A DNA stretch of 53,057 nucleotides from Sulfurospirillum sp. (GTDB taxonomy: Bacteria; Campylobacterota; Campylobacteria; Campylobacterales; Sulfurospirillaceae), in contig JALSLU010000082.1 of the NCBI GenBank assembly GCA_026988125.1, forward strand, positions 1 to 53,057. Reading direction: 5' to 3'. Position numbers and translations under genes: made by a program. This document shows positions 20,901 to 30,750 of this stretch, in pieces. Position 1 is the stretch's first letter, and each line of letters opens with the position of its first letter. The notes beneath the pieces are model-generated. The model was not told where the DNA came from. It ran no database searches and saw only the letters and a program-made list of their open reading frames with translations.

Positions 20901-21241
20901 GAGAGGAGTTTGTGAAGTTAGGATTTAAAATTTTGGCTACAAGAGGGACTTACAATGCTTTGGTTGAAGCTGGAATTGAGGCGGAGTTTGTCTATAAGAT
21001 TAGTGAGGGTCGTCCAAATGTTGAAGATAAGCTAAAAAATGGAGATATTTCACTAGTTATCAACACAAGTGATGCAAAATCTAGCAAGGACGATGCTAAG
21101 AAGATTAGACAAGCAGTTTTAAGATTTAATATCCCGTACTTTACAACAGTTTCAGCCGCAAGAGTAGCTTCTGCTTGTATAAAGGATATAGAAGATGGTA
21201 GCGCCTTAGAACCAAAGGCACTCCAAGACTACCTAGGATAG
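17984..21241 (+). CDS. carB: Carbamoyl-phosphate synthase large subunit
   Basis: [17 protein letters not shown], duplicated ATP-grasp domains, [21 protein letters not shown] domain. Confidence 0.98.
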   Translation: MPKREDIKTILLIGSGPIIIGQACEFDYSGTQSVKTLKELDYRVVLVNSNPATIMTDPEFADRTYIEPINEEIIAKIIEKEGVDAILPTMGGQTALNVAMSMHDKGMLKGVEFLGANPEAIKKGEDRQAFKEAMIKIGMDLPKSRYAYNMDEALSAAEEIGFPLIIRASYTLAGGGSGVAYNIDEFKELALSGLEISPISEILIEESLLGWKEYEMEVIRDREDNCIIVCSIENFDPMGVHTGDSITIAPALTLTDKEYQKMRNASFAILREIGVDTGGSNVQFSVCPKTGRMTVIEMNPRVSRSSALASKATGYPIAKVATLLAVGFTLDEITNDITGTPASFEPVIDYIVTKIPRFTFEKFPTANSTLGTSMKSVGEVMAIGRTFKESFQKALCSLEVGLSGFDEINYDDEKLKKEIMRPNDKRMLCVMEALGRGMSIEELYELSKIDKWYLNQFREILELEKKLDMYALSDEELLRKAKTFGFSDKKIAWLINKYDNLELTQNDIYTARAKLGIELEYNEVDTCAAEFKALTPYLYSTTNITKLPKTGVKKSDKKRVLIIGGGPNRIGQGIEFDYCCVHASYALRDMGVESIMYNCNPETVSTDYDTSDILYFEPIDFEHVRSVVERENPDGIIVHFGGQTPLKIAKRLTVIGAKIIGTSARVIDEAEDREKFSAFLRENDLKQPRNATATSEEEAIELASKIGYPVLVRPSYVLGGRAMRIVYNEGELREYMNEAVSVSHNSPVLLDEFLDRAIELDVDAVCDGKDVYVGGIMQHIEEAGIHSGDSACSLPPVSLSSELIKKVEVQTKKIALNLGVVGLMNIQFAVYRDDIYMIEVNPRASRTVPFVSKATGIPLAKVATRVMWQGDLKEALKFYDKHNVVYEEDGILKPKHKGHVSIKEAVFPFSKLSGADLILGPEMKSTGEVMGISSSFETSFAKSQLASFNKLPSEGSVFISLTDIDKAYAKEIGEEFVKLGFKILATRGTYNALVEAGIEAEFVYKISEGRPNVEDKLKNGDISLVINTSDAKSSKDDAKKIRQAVLRFNIPYFTTVSAARVASACIKDIEDGSALEPKALQDYLG

Positions 21242-21248
21242 TTTTCTT

Positions 21249-21689
21249 ATGAACCCTCAGTTGGTATATTTAGCCCAAACCGATACAACTGCAGGGTTTT
21301 TATCTCAAAATGCTAAAAAATTATCCTCTTGCAAACAAAGAAGCATCACTCAACCCTTTCTTATTAGTGTTTGCTCCAATAGATTTTTAAAAGAGTTTGT
21401 TCGAGTTCCAAAAAGACACAAAAAGCTAGTTAGAAGAGCTAAAAAAGTAACATTTATCTATCCAAATTCAAAAGCTCTTAGAGTTGTCAAAGATATAAAG
21501 CATCTAAAATTTTTAAAAGAGTTTGGCTGGATGTACTCTACTTCAGCCAATAAAACCAAAGAGAGTTTTAATTATGATTATGCTAAGCAAAAAGCAGATA
21601 TTATAGTTGAAGATGAGCGAGGCTTTTTTGAGACTACCCCTTCAAAGATTATAAAACTTAGAAAAAATAAAATAAGAAGGATTAGATGA
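21249..21689 (+). CDS. Short Sua5/YciO/YrdC (TsaC-like) family protein
   Basis: QTDTTAG, K.R and STSAN motifs. Confidence 0.8.
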   Translation: MNPQLVYLAQTDTTAGFLSQNAKKLSSCKQRSITQPFLISVCSNRFLKEFVRVPKRHKKLVRRAKKVTFIYPNSKALRVVKDIKHLKFLKEFGWMYSTSANKTKESFNYDYAKQKADIIVEDERGFFETTPSKIIKLRKNKIRRIR

Positions 21690-22141
21690 TGCACCTTTTT
21701 TTCAACTCTTTTTTCATGGGTATAATTTTTGTCAGTATTTTAGATTTTTTATGCTTTATTGGACTCAAAATAAACTATTTTGATTATTATGGGATTAAAG
21801 AGTATTTCAATATAATTTTTATTGACAATCAAAATTTTTATCTTCTACTGCCAATCTCTTTTATGCTTGGATATCTTCTTTTGTATAACAAATTTTCAAA
21901 ATTTTTTTTAAAAATATACATTTCTGTCATAATAATCTCCTCTCTTAGTTTATATCAACCAATTGGAAAAAAATTTGGTGAATTTATTTTTAAAGAGTCG
22001 AATAAAACCTTTAAATTAGGTTCAACCACTTTTAGTGGTGATAAACTCTATGAGGGTAGAAAATTCATATACATATATAGAAGTAATCTAAAAAAAGTTA
22101 TAAAACTTCAAAAATCTGAATTGACTACCTTCACAGACTAA
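21686..22141 (+). CDS. Hypothetical membrane protein
   Basis: About 3 TM segments; overlaps the upstream stop (ATGA). Confidence 0.7.
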   Translation: MMHLFFNSFFMGIIFVSILDFLCFIGLKINYFDYYGIKEYFNIIFIDNQNFYLLLPISFMLGYLLLYNKFSKFFLKIYISVIIISSLSLYQPIGKKFGEFIFKESNKTFKLGSTTFSGDKLYEGRKFIYIYRSNLKKVIKLQKSELTTFTD

Positions 22142-24405
22142 TTAGTACTATCAAAAGAGCTTATTTTCTCTTTAAGCATGCTGTTTAATATCTCAAAAAG
22201 TTTTCTAGAATCCTCTTCAAGTTTTCTCAAGTTTGTTAAAATCCTCTCTTCATTTTCTAATCTATGGTCATCGTCTCTAAAGCATACTATAGTATCTTTG
22301 ATTAAATCATGAAGTTTTTTATGGAACTCTCCTAAATGAGCATATGTTTTGGTATTGCCAAACCTTCTTTTTGCTGAACCCTCATACCACTCACCTACCT
22401 GACATGTTCTGTGATCCTTTTTTGCTTCATTGCAAGCTTTACCCTCTACAACTGAATCAAAAATCTTTGATTTGTAAATAATGTGATCTATTTTAGCTAA
22501 AACTATACTAATTTCATCATCCATCATATCTATCTCTTGAGCGGTTCTACTAGCATCTTTATTTAACTCTTTCATTACATTATAAAAGTTATTTATGTTG
22601 CTTGAAGCATCATCTGCAAGATGAGTCATATTTGAAGATTTTTCCAATATACTACTTGCTTCTTGTCTCATAGTATCTATACTCATGCCTATCTCATTTG
22701 TGGCTTTTTGAGTTCTCTCTGCTAAGTTTCTAACCTCATCAGCAACAACTGCAAATCCTCTTCCGTGCTCTCCTGCTCTTGCAGCTTCAATTGCAGCATT
22801 AAGTGCCAAGAGATTTGTTTGATCCGCTATATCTTTAATTAAATCAACTATTGAAGTTATGTCATTTGTCTTTTCATTCAAACTCTCAATAGATGTATTA
22901 GAGTCTCCAATATGCTCTATTAGAGTATTTAATTTTTCCAAAATATCACTTAGCTCCTGCATCGAGTTATTTGCTGTTTCATTTGTCGTATCTGTACTTT
23001 TATGTACCTCTTTTAGAACCTCTTTAACATGAGTAATTTCAGATTTTATTAAATTTAATCCCTCTTCTACTTTACCAATGCTTCTAACTTTTGAACTAAA
23101 GTTTATAATTTTTTGTTTATTATGTGCAACTCTCATAGCTTCTATTCCAGCTTTTACATTTTCTAAAGCTACAGCTAAATCACCGTTTAACCCATCTGTT
23201 GTCAATTTAAAACTAAAATCTCCTTTTGAAGCTCCACTTACAGAGGTATTTATCCTTGTTGTTAAATCCTTTATAAGTTTTACAAAGATAGCAAGCTGCC
23301 TTGTTACTTCATCCATCTCATTTCTTGGAATCTTTCTTCTATCAACTACTATAGATAGATCTCCTTTTGAGACTATATCACTGATAACATTTTTAAATCT
23401 TTCAATAGCAATATTTATACTAAAAGAGATCTGTCTAGTTAAAAATGCCACAAACAATAACACACCCAAAGCCAATAATGACTCTAAAATAAGCGTCATA
23501 AATGCTTTGCTATAAAGATTTTTGGATTGCTTAAAGATAAAACCTGAAAGCTTATCTTCAAACTCTTTTAATTTATTGATTTTTTTTGTTATGGTTTTAA
23601 ACCAAACAGTAGCATCTACGCCAAAGTTACTCTTTTTTGAGTAGGCAATATCTCTGTATCTTTGAACTTCTCTAAATGATTTATCAGATTTTACCTCTTT
23701 GTACATCTTTTTTACTTCCTGATCTGAGAGATTTACAAAAAGATTGTTAAGTGTTTTTTGCTCCGAAACCAAAGAGTAAAACTTACCTAAAGTTGCGTTA
23801 TTAAAGCTATCTTTTGCAAAAACATTTGATAGAATGGCCCTTTCAATTCCTACTCTCTCTTTAGAGCTTATAAAAAGAACAAAACTAACGAAATTGGTTT
23901 TTAATTTTGAGTTATCAACATACAAAGAGAAATTGGCAATTTTATCTATAAGCTCTTTATTTAAATTCGTATAAAAAGCTACCTCCTCTTTTAGAGAAAC
24001 CTCAAGAGCTTTTACTCTCTTTCTCATACTTTTAATTGCTTCTACATCTACTATTTGCCTAACACTATCAGAAAATTTTGTCGGATGATCGTTTAAAAAC
24101 CTTATAAGTTCATCAAGCTTTTCATTTGTGGATAGGTGTTGTTTTGGAAGGATAGATGTGAACTTCTTACCTTTTGAACCAATAAATCCTGCACTAGCTC
24201 CTCTCTCTTTTTGGAGCTCATGAACCAATGCACTCATCTTCACGCTTAATTCAACCAGAAAGTTTGCCCTCTTAGCATCTTGATATTTACTATAAGTAGA
24301 GTAGACAATCTGAATTGAGAAAAAAAGAATGATTACCAAAACTATAGCAGCTAAAATCTGTAACCTCTTTTTAATCGTAAATTTGTTAAACATTTTGTTA
24401 AACAT
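22138..24405 (-). CDS. Methyl-accepting chemotaxis protein with periplasmic NIT sensor and C-terminal CZB domain
   Basis: [10 protein letters not shown] and KERVGIERA (NIT); [31 protein letters not shown] (MCP); [21 protein letters not shown] (CZB). Confidence 0.9.
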   Translation of the reverse strand: MFNKMFNKFTIKKRLQILAAIVLVIILFFSIQIVYSTYSKYQDAKRANFLVELSVKMSALVHELQKERGASAGFIGSKGKKFTSILPKQHLSTNEKLDELIRFLNDHPTKFSDSVRQIVDVEAIKSMRKRVKALEVSLKEEVAFYTNLNKELIDKIANFSLYVDNSKLKTNFVSFVLFISSKERVGIERAILSNVFAKDSFNNATLGKFYSLVSEQKTLNNLFVNLSDQEVKKMYKEVKSDKSFREVQRYRDIAYSKKSNFGVDATVWFKTITKKINKLKEFEDKLSGFIFKQSKNLYSKAFMTLILESLLALGVLLFVAFLTRQISFSINIAIERFKNVISDIVSKGDLSIVVDRRKIPRNEMDEVTRQLAIFVKLIKDLTTRINTSVSGASKGDFSFKLTTDGLNGDLAVALENVKAGIEAMRVAHNKQKIINFSSKVRSIGKVEEGLNLIKSEITHVKEVLKEVHKSTDTTNETANNSMQELSDILEKLNTLIEHIGDSNTSIESLNEKTNDITSIVDLIKDIADQTNLLALNAAIEAARAGEHGRGFAVVADEVRNLAERTQKATNEIGMSIDTMRQEASSILEKSSNMTHLADDASSNINNFYNVMKELNKDASRTAQEIDMMDDEISIVLAKIDHIIYKSKIFDSVVEGKACNEAKKDHRTCQVGEWYEGSAKRRFGNTKTYAHLGEFHKKLHDLIKDTIVCFRDDDHRLENEERILTNLRKLEEDSRKLFEILNSMLKEKISSFDSTN

Positions 24406-24424
24406 AGGGCACTCTCCTCGTAAG

Positions 24425-24850
24425 CTATGTAGTAAAAATTATATCATAAAAATATAACAAAAAGCTGTATCTTAAAAGTTTTGCTATTAGAACTAAAAAG
24501 ATAAATTTTTTTAAACTGTAGCTCAATACACCCGCAACAAAAGTTATAGGATCTCCTATAACTGGTGTCCACGAGAGAAGTAACGCAAAAGCTCCATACT
24601 TTTGAAAATACCTCTTTCCCATATCTACTTGTGAAGATTTCATATATTTTTTTTTAAATGCCCACTCAAGTGCATATCTACCCAAATAGTAATTAACTAA
24701 AGAGCCTAGTGTATTGCCCGCTGTAGCAACTATTAGCAGAAGATATGGTGCATAGTTCTCAGATTTATAATATAAAAGAAGTGCTTCACTACCACCAGGC
24801 AATAGAGTTGCTGCTCCAAATGAAGTTATAAATAGTATTAGATAAGCGAT
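24425..24850 (-). CDS. YqaA/DedA (VTT) family membrane protein; start uncertain (ATC at 24850 or TTG at 24802)
   Basis: [34 protein letters not shown] and K..RY motifs. Confidence 0.85.
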   Translation of the reverse strand: MAYLILFITSFGAATLLPGGSEALLLYYKSENYAPYLLLIVATAGNTLGSLVNYYLGRYALEWAFKKKYMKSSQVDMGKRYFQKYGAFALLLSWTPVIGDPITFVAGVLSYSLKKFIFLVLIAKLLRYSFLLYFYDIIFTT

Positions 24851-26151
24851 TTTATTCTCTCTTCATCAATTTTTTTAGAGTTATATTTTATAACAAGAAC
24901 TTTTTCATTCTCATTTACATACCACTCTATGATACCATCTATACTATTGAGATTTTTAAGATTATTGTTATTTGATTCTTTAAGCTCTACATATAAATTT
25001 TTTGAAAATATTGGATTTTGAAGGGTAGCTATCAGAATGATCCATAAAAAACATATAACAACAATAACTATGGAGATATATTCAACTCCATACCACTTTA
25101 GTATGTGTCCTCCCCAAAGTGCACCAATAAATGTTCCTAAATAACCAAAAGAGTTAAACAAACCAAGAGCTGTCCCTTTTTGATGAATCTTAGCATATTT
25201 ACTAGCTAAAGATTGCAGTAGTGGCTCATGTATATTAAACCCTACAAAAAACAAAACTACTCCTAAAATAAAAATCAAAGGAGTATGTGCAATGCCCATT
25301 AGAGCATAAGAGAGTGCAAAAAGAATTATACCAATTATCAACACTAGCTTAGGCTTTTTCTTCTTTTCACCCAAGACTGCAGAAACCCCCATAGCTAAAA
25401 CACCAAAAAGCATAGCAGGTAGATAAACTTTCCACAATTCACTTTTATAAAAATCGAACTCTTTAACCATTATGATTGGAATTATTAAAAATGCTAAAGT
25501 CATCATACCCTTTTGAAGCATATTTGTAATGTTCATCCTTAAAAGATTTACATCCTTCAAGATAATAAAAATATCTCGCTTATTAGTTTGATAATCATGG
25601 GTAATTTTTGGAGGATTTGGCAATTTTTTAAAAATTATAAAAATCCCAATAATTGCTAGTAAAGCTGTAATAAAAAATAGCTTATCTACTCCATAGTGCC
25701 CCCCTATAAAAGGTCCAATAACCATAGAAAGTGCAAATGTAACAGCGATACTTCCACCCATGATAGCCATTGCTTTTGCTCTTTGCTCCTCTTTGACCAT
25801 ATCACTTATCATTGCTGTAGCAACTGCACCAATAGCTCCTGCACCTTGTAACAATCTTCCTAAAATTAAAGTATAGATGTCAGAACTATAAGCACAAACT
25901 AAAGAGCCTACTGCAAATATAGCCAAACCAAAAACCAATGTCCTTTTTCTACCAATCTTGTCTGAAAGCATTCCAAATGGAACTTGCAATAACATTTGAG
26001 TTAGAGCGTACCCTCCTATGGTAATTCCTACTAAGAACTCGTTTGAGTTCTTAAGATTAAGTGCATATACAGATAAAACTGGCAACACTATAAAAAGACC
26101 TAAGAATCTAAGGGAAATTATAAGATTTATGGGAAGAATTTTTTTAAACAT
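24838..26151 (-). CDS. MFS transporter (YajR-like)
   Basis: LRFLGLFIVLPV, GMLSDKIGRK and GRLLQGAGAIG; 12 TM plus a small C-terminal domain. Confidence 0.9.
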   Translation of the reverse strand: MFKKILPINLIISLRFLGLFIVLPVLSVYALNLKNSNEFLVGITIGGYALTQMLLQVPFGMLSDKIGRKRTLVFGLAIFAVGSLVCAYSSDIYTLILGRLLQGAGAIGAVATAMISDMVKEEQRAKAMAIMGGSIAVTFALSMVIGPFIGGHYGVDKLFFITALLAIIGIFIIFKKLPNPPKITHDYQTNKRDIFIILKDVNLLRMNITNMLQKGMMTLAFLIIPIIMVKEFDFYKSELWKVYLPAMLFGVLAMGVSAVLGEKKKKPKLVLIIGIILFALSYALMGIAHTPLIFILGVVLFFVGFNIHEPLLQSLASKYAKIHQKGTALGLFNSFGYLGTFIGALWGGHILKWYGVEYISIVIVVICFLWIILIATLQNPIFSKNLYVELKESNNNNLKNLNSIDGIIEWYVNENEKVLVIKYNSKKIDEERIKSLI

Positions 26152-26164
26152 ATTCTACTTTTCC

Positions 26165-26205
26165 TAAAGTTTAATTAGGATGAATTCTACCCTAATTAAA
26201 CTTTA
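26165..26205. terminator. Perfect 15-bp inverted repeat; probable terminator overlapping the MFS promoter
   Basis: TAAAGTTTAATTAGG/CCTAATTAAACTTTA; the loop contains TAGAAT on minus (26184-26189). Confidence 0.6.
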
Positions 26206-26212
26206 TATAGAA

Positions 26213-26626
26213 TTATTCAACAAGCGAGAGCTGTTTTTTAGTTAAAACCTTTCTTGTATTGTACAAACAATTTAAGTGTACCATAGTTGCTTTTGCTCTA
26301 AGCTTTGCAAGCTTATAAACATCATCTTTTAACTCACTGGGCTCAACTCCGTCAAAACTTGCTTTTACTATTTTATTTTCTAGCGCCATTATCTTCTTAT
26401 TTAATGCTTTAGCTTGCGAAATAGTCTCTTTTCTTATTGCTAAGAGTCTCTCTTTTTGCTTATTTGTTAAAGCAAACTCTTCATCATCCCACAAAGTTTT
26501 TACATCCATAGTTAGATGTGGAAGTTTTCCCTGAATCAAAAATGGTTTAGATGGTTTTGCATTAGCACCAAAAAGCATCATAGGAAGTAGCAACATAAGT
26601 GCAACTGATGTGATTTTTCTTCGCAT
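26213..26626 (-). CDS. Periplasmic Spy/CpxP-family (LTxxQ) protein
   Basis: Signal peptide, LTNKQ and LTKKQ motifs, helical; AAGGAG SD. Confidence 0.75.
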   Translation of the reverse strand: MRRKITSVALMLLLPMMLFGANAKPSKPFLIQGKLPHLTMDVKTLWDDEEFALTNKQKERLLAIRKETISQAKALNKKIMALENKIVKASFDGVEPSELKDDVYKLAKLRAKATMVHLNCLYNTRKVLTKKQLSLVE

Positions 26627-26689
26627 AGTTTCTCCTTTTAAATTTTACCATATACTATCCATATAATTTTTTTAAATCATTAATCTTGA

Positions 26690-27094
26690 TCAACAAAACT
26701 CACAATTTTTTGTTATTGCTACTACATCCAACCTATTAATCAGTAAACTTTTTTCTTCCTCAAATTTACTTTTATATATAAAAAAATTACTATCATAAGG
26801 CTCATCTTTTATACTTCCACAAGCACTACACACTATATGCAAATGTGGCTTCCTAAAGTAGTCATATCTAATCTTTTTACTTGGTGTATGGATCTCCACA
26901 ACCAAGCCTACATCTCTCAAAACTGCTAAATTTTTATACACAGTCGCTAAGGAGATAGATGGATTTTCTATCTTTATGTTTTCATAAATTTCATCAATAG
27001 TCGGATGATTTTTTTTATAAAGCTCTCTGAGAACTGCGACTCTTTGTGGTGTAGCTTTAAGTCCAACATCTTTTAGTATATTAACAAATTTCAT
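26690..27094 (-). CDS. perR: Fur-family regulator, PerR-like
   Basis: LKATPQR, HPT, SLATVYKNL, RYD..HLHIVCSACG...D and C-terminal CEFC. Confidence 0.75.
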   Translation of the reverse strand: MKFVNILKDVGLKATPQRVAVLRELYKKNHPTIDEIYENIKIENPSISLATVYKNLAVLRDVGLVVEIHTPSKKIRYDYFRKPHLHIVCSACGSIKDEPYDSNFFIYKSKFEEEKSLLINRLDVVAITKNCEFC

Positions 27095-27096
27095 AA

Positions 27097-28929
27097 CTAA
27101 CCAATCCTATTTAAAATTTTTTCTGCAATTTGCTTTGGAAGTATACCCAAACTCTCTTCAACTAACTTTGTATCTCCATGAGTTATAAAAAAATCATCAT
27201 ACTCAAAACTAACAATCTCTACATCATCCCACATTTTTTTATTTTTTAAACTTTCAAGAGATGCGCTAACTCCACCAATTTTCACACTATCACTTAAAAC
27301 ATACCACTTTTTATGTATCTTGTATAACTCTTCTAACTTGTTCTCGTCAAGCGGTTTAACAAATCTTAAGTCCATAATTGCTACATCATATCCTTGCTCT
27401 TTGAGCAACCTGTAAACCTCACAAGCCTTACCAACACCATTGCCATAACCTATTAGAAGTAGATTACTATCGGAAGATTTTATCATTTGAGACTTGCCTA
27501 ACTCAAATGGTAAATCTTCTACATCTAAACAATCATAAAAAGATCCTCTAGGGTATCTAATAGCGCAAGGCCCTTTATGGCTATAAGCAAATTCTAGTGC
27601 TCTGTACATACTGTTTTCGTCCCTTGGGGCAAACAGTGTCATATTGGGAATTGGGCTAAGGTATGAAATATCAAATGCACCCTGATGAGTCTCGCCATCT
27701 TCTCCTACTATACCTGCTCTATCAATAACGAAAACTACATCTAGGTTCATTATACAAACATCGTGGATTACCTGATCGTATGCCCTTTGTAAAAAAGTCG
27801 AATAAATAGCAACAAATGGCTTAAATCCCTCTTTTGCCATCGCTGCCATAGAGGTAACCGCATGTTGTTCAGCTATTGCAACATCCCAAAATCTATCTGG
27901 AAACTCCTGTATCAATTTTCCAATTCCAGTACCACTTGGCATAGCAGCTGTAACACCAACAACATTCTCATATTTTTTTGCTAACTTAAGCAAAGCTTCG
28001 CTAAAAATTGCAGTCGCACTCTTTTTACTACCCTTTTTAAGTAACTTCCCACTATCTATATCAAATGGTCCTACACCATGCCAATTCTCTTCATAACCCT
28101 CAGCAATTTCATACCCTTTTCCCTTTAGTGTTTGGGTATGGACTATAACTGGTCTTTTCAATTTTTTTGCTAATTCATAGGCTCTTATTAACTCTTCTAA
28201 ATCGTGACCATCTATAGGTCCAATATAGTCAATTCCTAGATGTTCAAAAAGCATTCCTGGCGTTATAAGCTTTAGACTCTCTTCAAATTTTTTAGCCATA
28301 TAGGTGGCACCTTCGGGTAGATACTGTAAAAGATGCTCTGTGCTCTTTTTAGCCCTTTGAAAAAAATCTCCCGCCAATGTTTGAGAAAGAAATTTACTTA
28401 CTGCTCCAATTGGCTTTGCAATACTCATTTTATTGTCATTGAGTATTATAATTACTGGTAGCTTAATATCGCCCAATTCATTTAAAGCCTCATACACCAT
28501 ACCTGCTGTCATAGAGCCATCGCCAATAAGTGCTATAGGAATCCTATCTTTTTCATTTTTTAGCTTTATAGCTTTTGCAGCTCCTACAGCAAGAGAGATT
28601 GAGGTTGAGCTATGTCCTGCTATAAAGTAATCATACTCAGATTCACTAGGTTTAGTATAACCACTAATCCCACCAAAAGTTCTTAATGTTTCAAAATTAT
28701 CAAACCTGTCAGTCAATAACTTATGCGCATACGATTGATGCGAAACATCAAAAATAAATGGATCTTTTTTTGGATCAAATACATAGTGCATAGCGACTAT
28801 TAACTCTACTGCGCCAACATTGCTACTAAGATGACCACCATTCTTACTAACTGTTTGAATAATTTTATTTCTAAGAGTTACACATACATCTTTTAATTCT
28901 TCTAAAGACCTATTTTTAACTTCTATCAT
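27097..28929 (-). CDS. dxs: 1-deoxy-D-xylulose-5-phosphate synthase
   Basis: GGHLSSN, GHSSTSIS, GDGSMTAG, IAEQHA and DRAGIVGEDGETHQG. Confidence 0.97.
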   Translation of the reverse strand: MIEVKNRSLEELKDVCVTLRNKIIQTVSKNGGHLSSNVGAVELIVAMHYVFDPKKDPFIFDVSHQSYAHKLLTDRFDNFETLRTFGGISGYTKPSESEYDYFIAGHSSTSISLAVGAAKAIKLKNEKDRIPIALIGDGSMTAGMVYEALNELGDIKLPVIIILNDNKMSIAKPIGAVSKFLSQTLAGDFFQRAKKSTEHLLQYLPEGATYMAKKFEESLKLITPGMLFEHLGIDYIGPIDGHDLEELIRAYELAKKLKRPVIVHTQTLKGKGYEIAEGYEENWHGVGPFDIDSGKLLKKGSKKSATAIFSEALLKLAKKYENVVGVTAAMPSGTGIGKLIQEFPDRFWDVAIAEQHAVTSMAAMAKEGFKPFVAIYSTFLQRAYDQVIHDVCIMNLDVVFVIDRAGIVGEDGETHQGAFDISYLSPIPNMTLFAPRDENSMYRALEFAYSHKGPCAIRYPRGSFYDCLDVEDLPFELGKSQMIKSSDSNLLLIGYGNGVGKACEVYRLLKEQGYDVAIMDLRFVKPLDENKLEELYKIHKKWYVLSDSVKIGGVSASLESLKNKKMWDDVEIVSFEYDDFFITHGDTKLVEESLGILPKQIAEKILNRIG

Positions 28930-28935
28930 TTTAAC

Positions 28936-29712
28936 CTAACCGCTTATTAAATTTTTTACTTTCTCAAATCTCGTAGATATATTTCCATCTAAATTTCCAA
29001 TTTCACTAAGAATCACTACTCCACCCTCACTAATTGCTGAGTCACTATCTATAAACAAATTTTTCATCTGTGAAAGCTCCTCTTTTAGGGCTTCATAATC
29101 TTTTGGATTTACTTTTAATCTAATCTCTTTTGCATCTTTTAACTCTTTCAAAAGCTCTTTTGAGAGGGCTATGGCAACTTTTGAACTTGAAGTTTCTATC
29201 TCTTTTGCTACTACCTCTTTTGCTATTTCAATCGCAGTTGAGCCAAGTTCACTCTCAATTCTCTTTAAACTCTCCCCATACTTTTTAGCTTCATCATCAA
29301 GTTTTTTTATTGAGTTTAGATATCTTGTTTTAATCTCCTCGATAGATTTTTCTAACTCATCTTTAGCTTTTTTATAACCGTCCTCAAATGCAATTTTTCT
29401 CTCTTTTTCAACTTCGCTAGCAAGTCTTCTCTCAAATTCTGCCTCTTGTTTCTCAATTTGCATTTGAAGTTTAACAATATTTGAAGATAGTTCGTCACTT
29501 TTTTTAAGCAGCTGCTCTACAAACTCATTTTGCTGTTTTATTTCAGATGGACTTTCACTACTTTTCTCTTCTATAAGAGTCTCCTCTTTGATACTCTCTT
29601 CATCATCTTTTTTATTTGAAGACTCAACTACCCTTAATCCACCTAAAACTTTAAAACGATACGGCTCAATAGTATGTTTTTGTAAATCTTTTAGATGTAT
29701 TATGCTCTTCAT
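28936..29712 (-). CDS. fliH: Flagellar assembly protein
   Basis: Coiled coil, VNPKD and GGVVILSEIGNLDG; follows fliG. Confidence 0.92.
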   Translation of the reverse strand: MKSIIHLKDLQKHTIEPYRFKVLGGLRVVESSNKKDDEESIKEETLIEEKSSESPSEIKQQNEFVEQLLKKSDELSSNIVKLQMQIEKQEAEFERRLASEVEKERKIAFEDGYKKAKDELEKSIEEIKTRYLNSIKKLDDEAKKYGESLKRIESELGSTAIEIAKEVVAKEIETSSSKVAIALSKELLKELKDAKEIRLKVNPKDYEALKEELSQMKNLFIDSDSAISEGGVVILSEIGNLDGNISTRFEKVKNLISG

Positions 29713-30737
29713 TACTCAATCATCTCTTCTGCTTCACCAATTTGAACTACACCCTGCTCGGCTAACTTTTGAACCTCATCAACTATCTTCCTTTGTGCAT
29801 CCTCTACATCTTTAACTCTAACAGCTCCTAAAAAGCTCATCTCTTCTAAAAATGCTTCGCTGGCTCTTTGAGACATATTTTCTAAAAATTTATTTCTCAA
29901 CTCTTCTGGAGCACCTTTTAGCGCCACCATCAAATCTTTTTTATCAGCAACCTTTAGTATCTCTCTTATGGCATTATTATCTAACTTCATAATATCTTCA
30001 AAGGTGAACATCATCTCTTTTATAACAGTAGCTAACTCCTCATCTGTTTGCTCAATATATGAAATTGTACTTTTCGCAGCTTTTTGTCCAAGTCTATTTA
30101 ATATCTCCGCAACCGCTCTAGGACCACCAACTTCAACTTTATAAGAGGTTAATGATTCAAGCTTATTTTCCAAAACTGCCGAAACTCTTTTTACAACCGA
30201 AGGTGAAATATCACCTAAATTTGCCATACGAATCGTCACTTCACTTTTAAGTTCATCTGGAAAAAATGAGATCGTCTCAGCTGCACTTGTAGGATCCATA
30301 TGAGCTAAAATAAGAGCAATGGTTTGAGGATGCTCCGTAACAATAAAGTCTGCTAATTGTTGAGGTTTTATCTGAGAGAGATAGCCAAAACTTTGAGTAT
30401 TTTCCATACTTTTTGCTAATTTATCCAAAATTTTTTGAGCGGCTTCATGACCAAATGTCCTATATAAAATCTCTTTTGCATACTCCATACCGCCACTTCG
30501 TATAAATTGATTAGATTGAAAAATTGCATAAAACTCTTCTAAAACAGCATTTGCTACTTGCTTATCTATGCTTTTAACTGTTGCAATGTGTTTAGAAACA
30601 TCTGTAACTACATCAATATCCATATGTGAAAATAGATTTGTAGTAGCATCCTCTCCTAGCTGTATAAGTAGTATAGCAACCTTTTCAGCCATACTCAACT
30701 CTTCAAACTGCGCCTTTTGTGCTTCACTCAACTTCAC
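29712..30737 (-). CDS. fliG: Flagellar motor switch protein
   Basis: KVAILLIQLG, EHPQTIALIL and MFTFED; GTG start. Confidence 0.97.
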   Translation of the reverse strand: MKLSEAQKAQFEELSMAEKVAILLIQLGEDATTNLFSHMDIDVVTDVSKHIATVKSIDKQVANAVLEEFYAIFQSNQFIRSGGMEYAKEILYRTFGHEAAQKILDKLAKSMENTQSFGYLSQIKPQQLADFIVTEHPQTIALILAHMDPTSAAETISFFPDELKSEVTIRMANLGDISPSVVKRVSAVLENKLESLTSYKVEVGGPRAVAEILNRLGQKAAKSTISYIEQTDEELATVIKEMMFTFEDIMKLDNNAIREILKVADKKDLMVALKGAPEELRNKFLENMSQRASEAFLEEMSFLGAVRVKDVEDAQRKIVDEVQKLAEQGVVQIGEAEEMIE

Positions 30738-30750
30738 AATTTACTCCTTA

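Noticed and set aside
17984-21241. carB looks slightly more GC-rich than its neighbours (possible transfer)
   Set aside because: Not quantified. It is explainable by amino-acid composition, and clpX-mreBC-carB is the usual order in this lineage.
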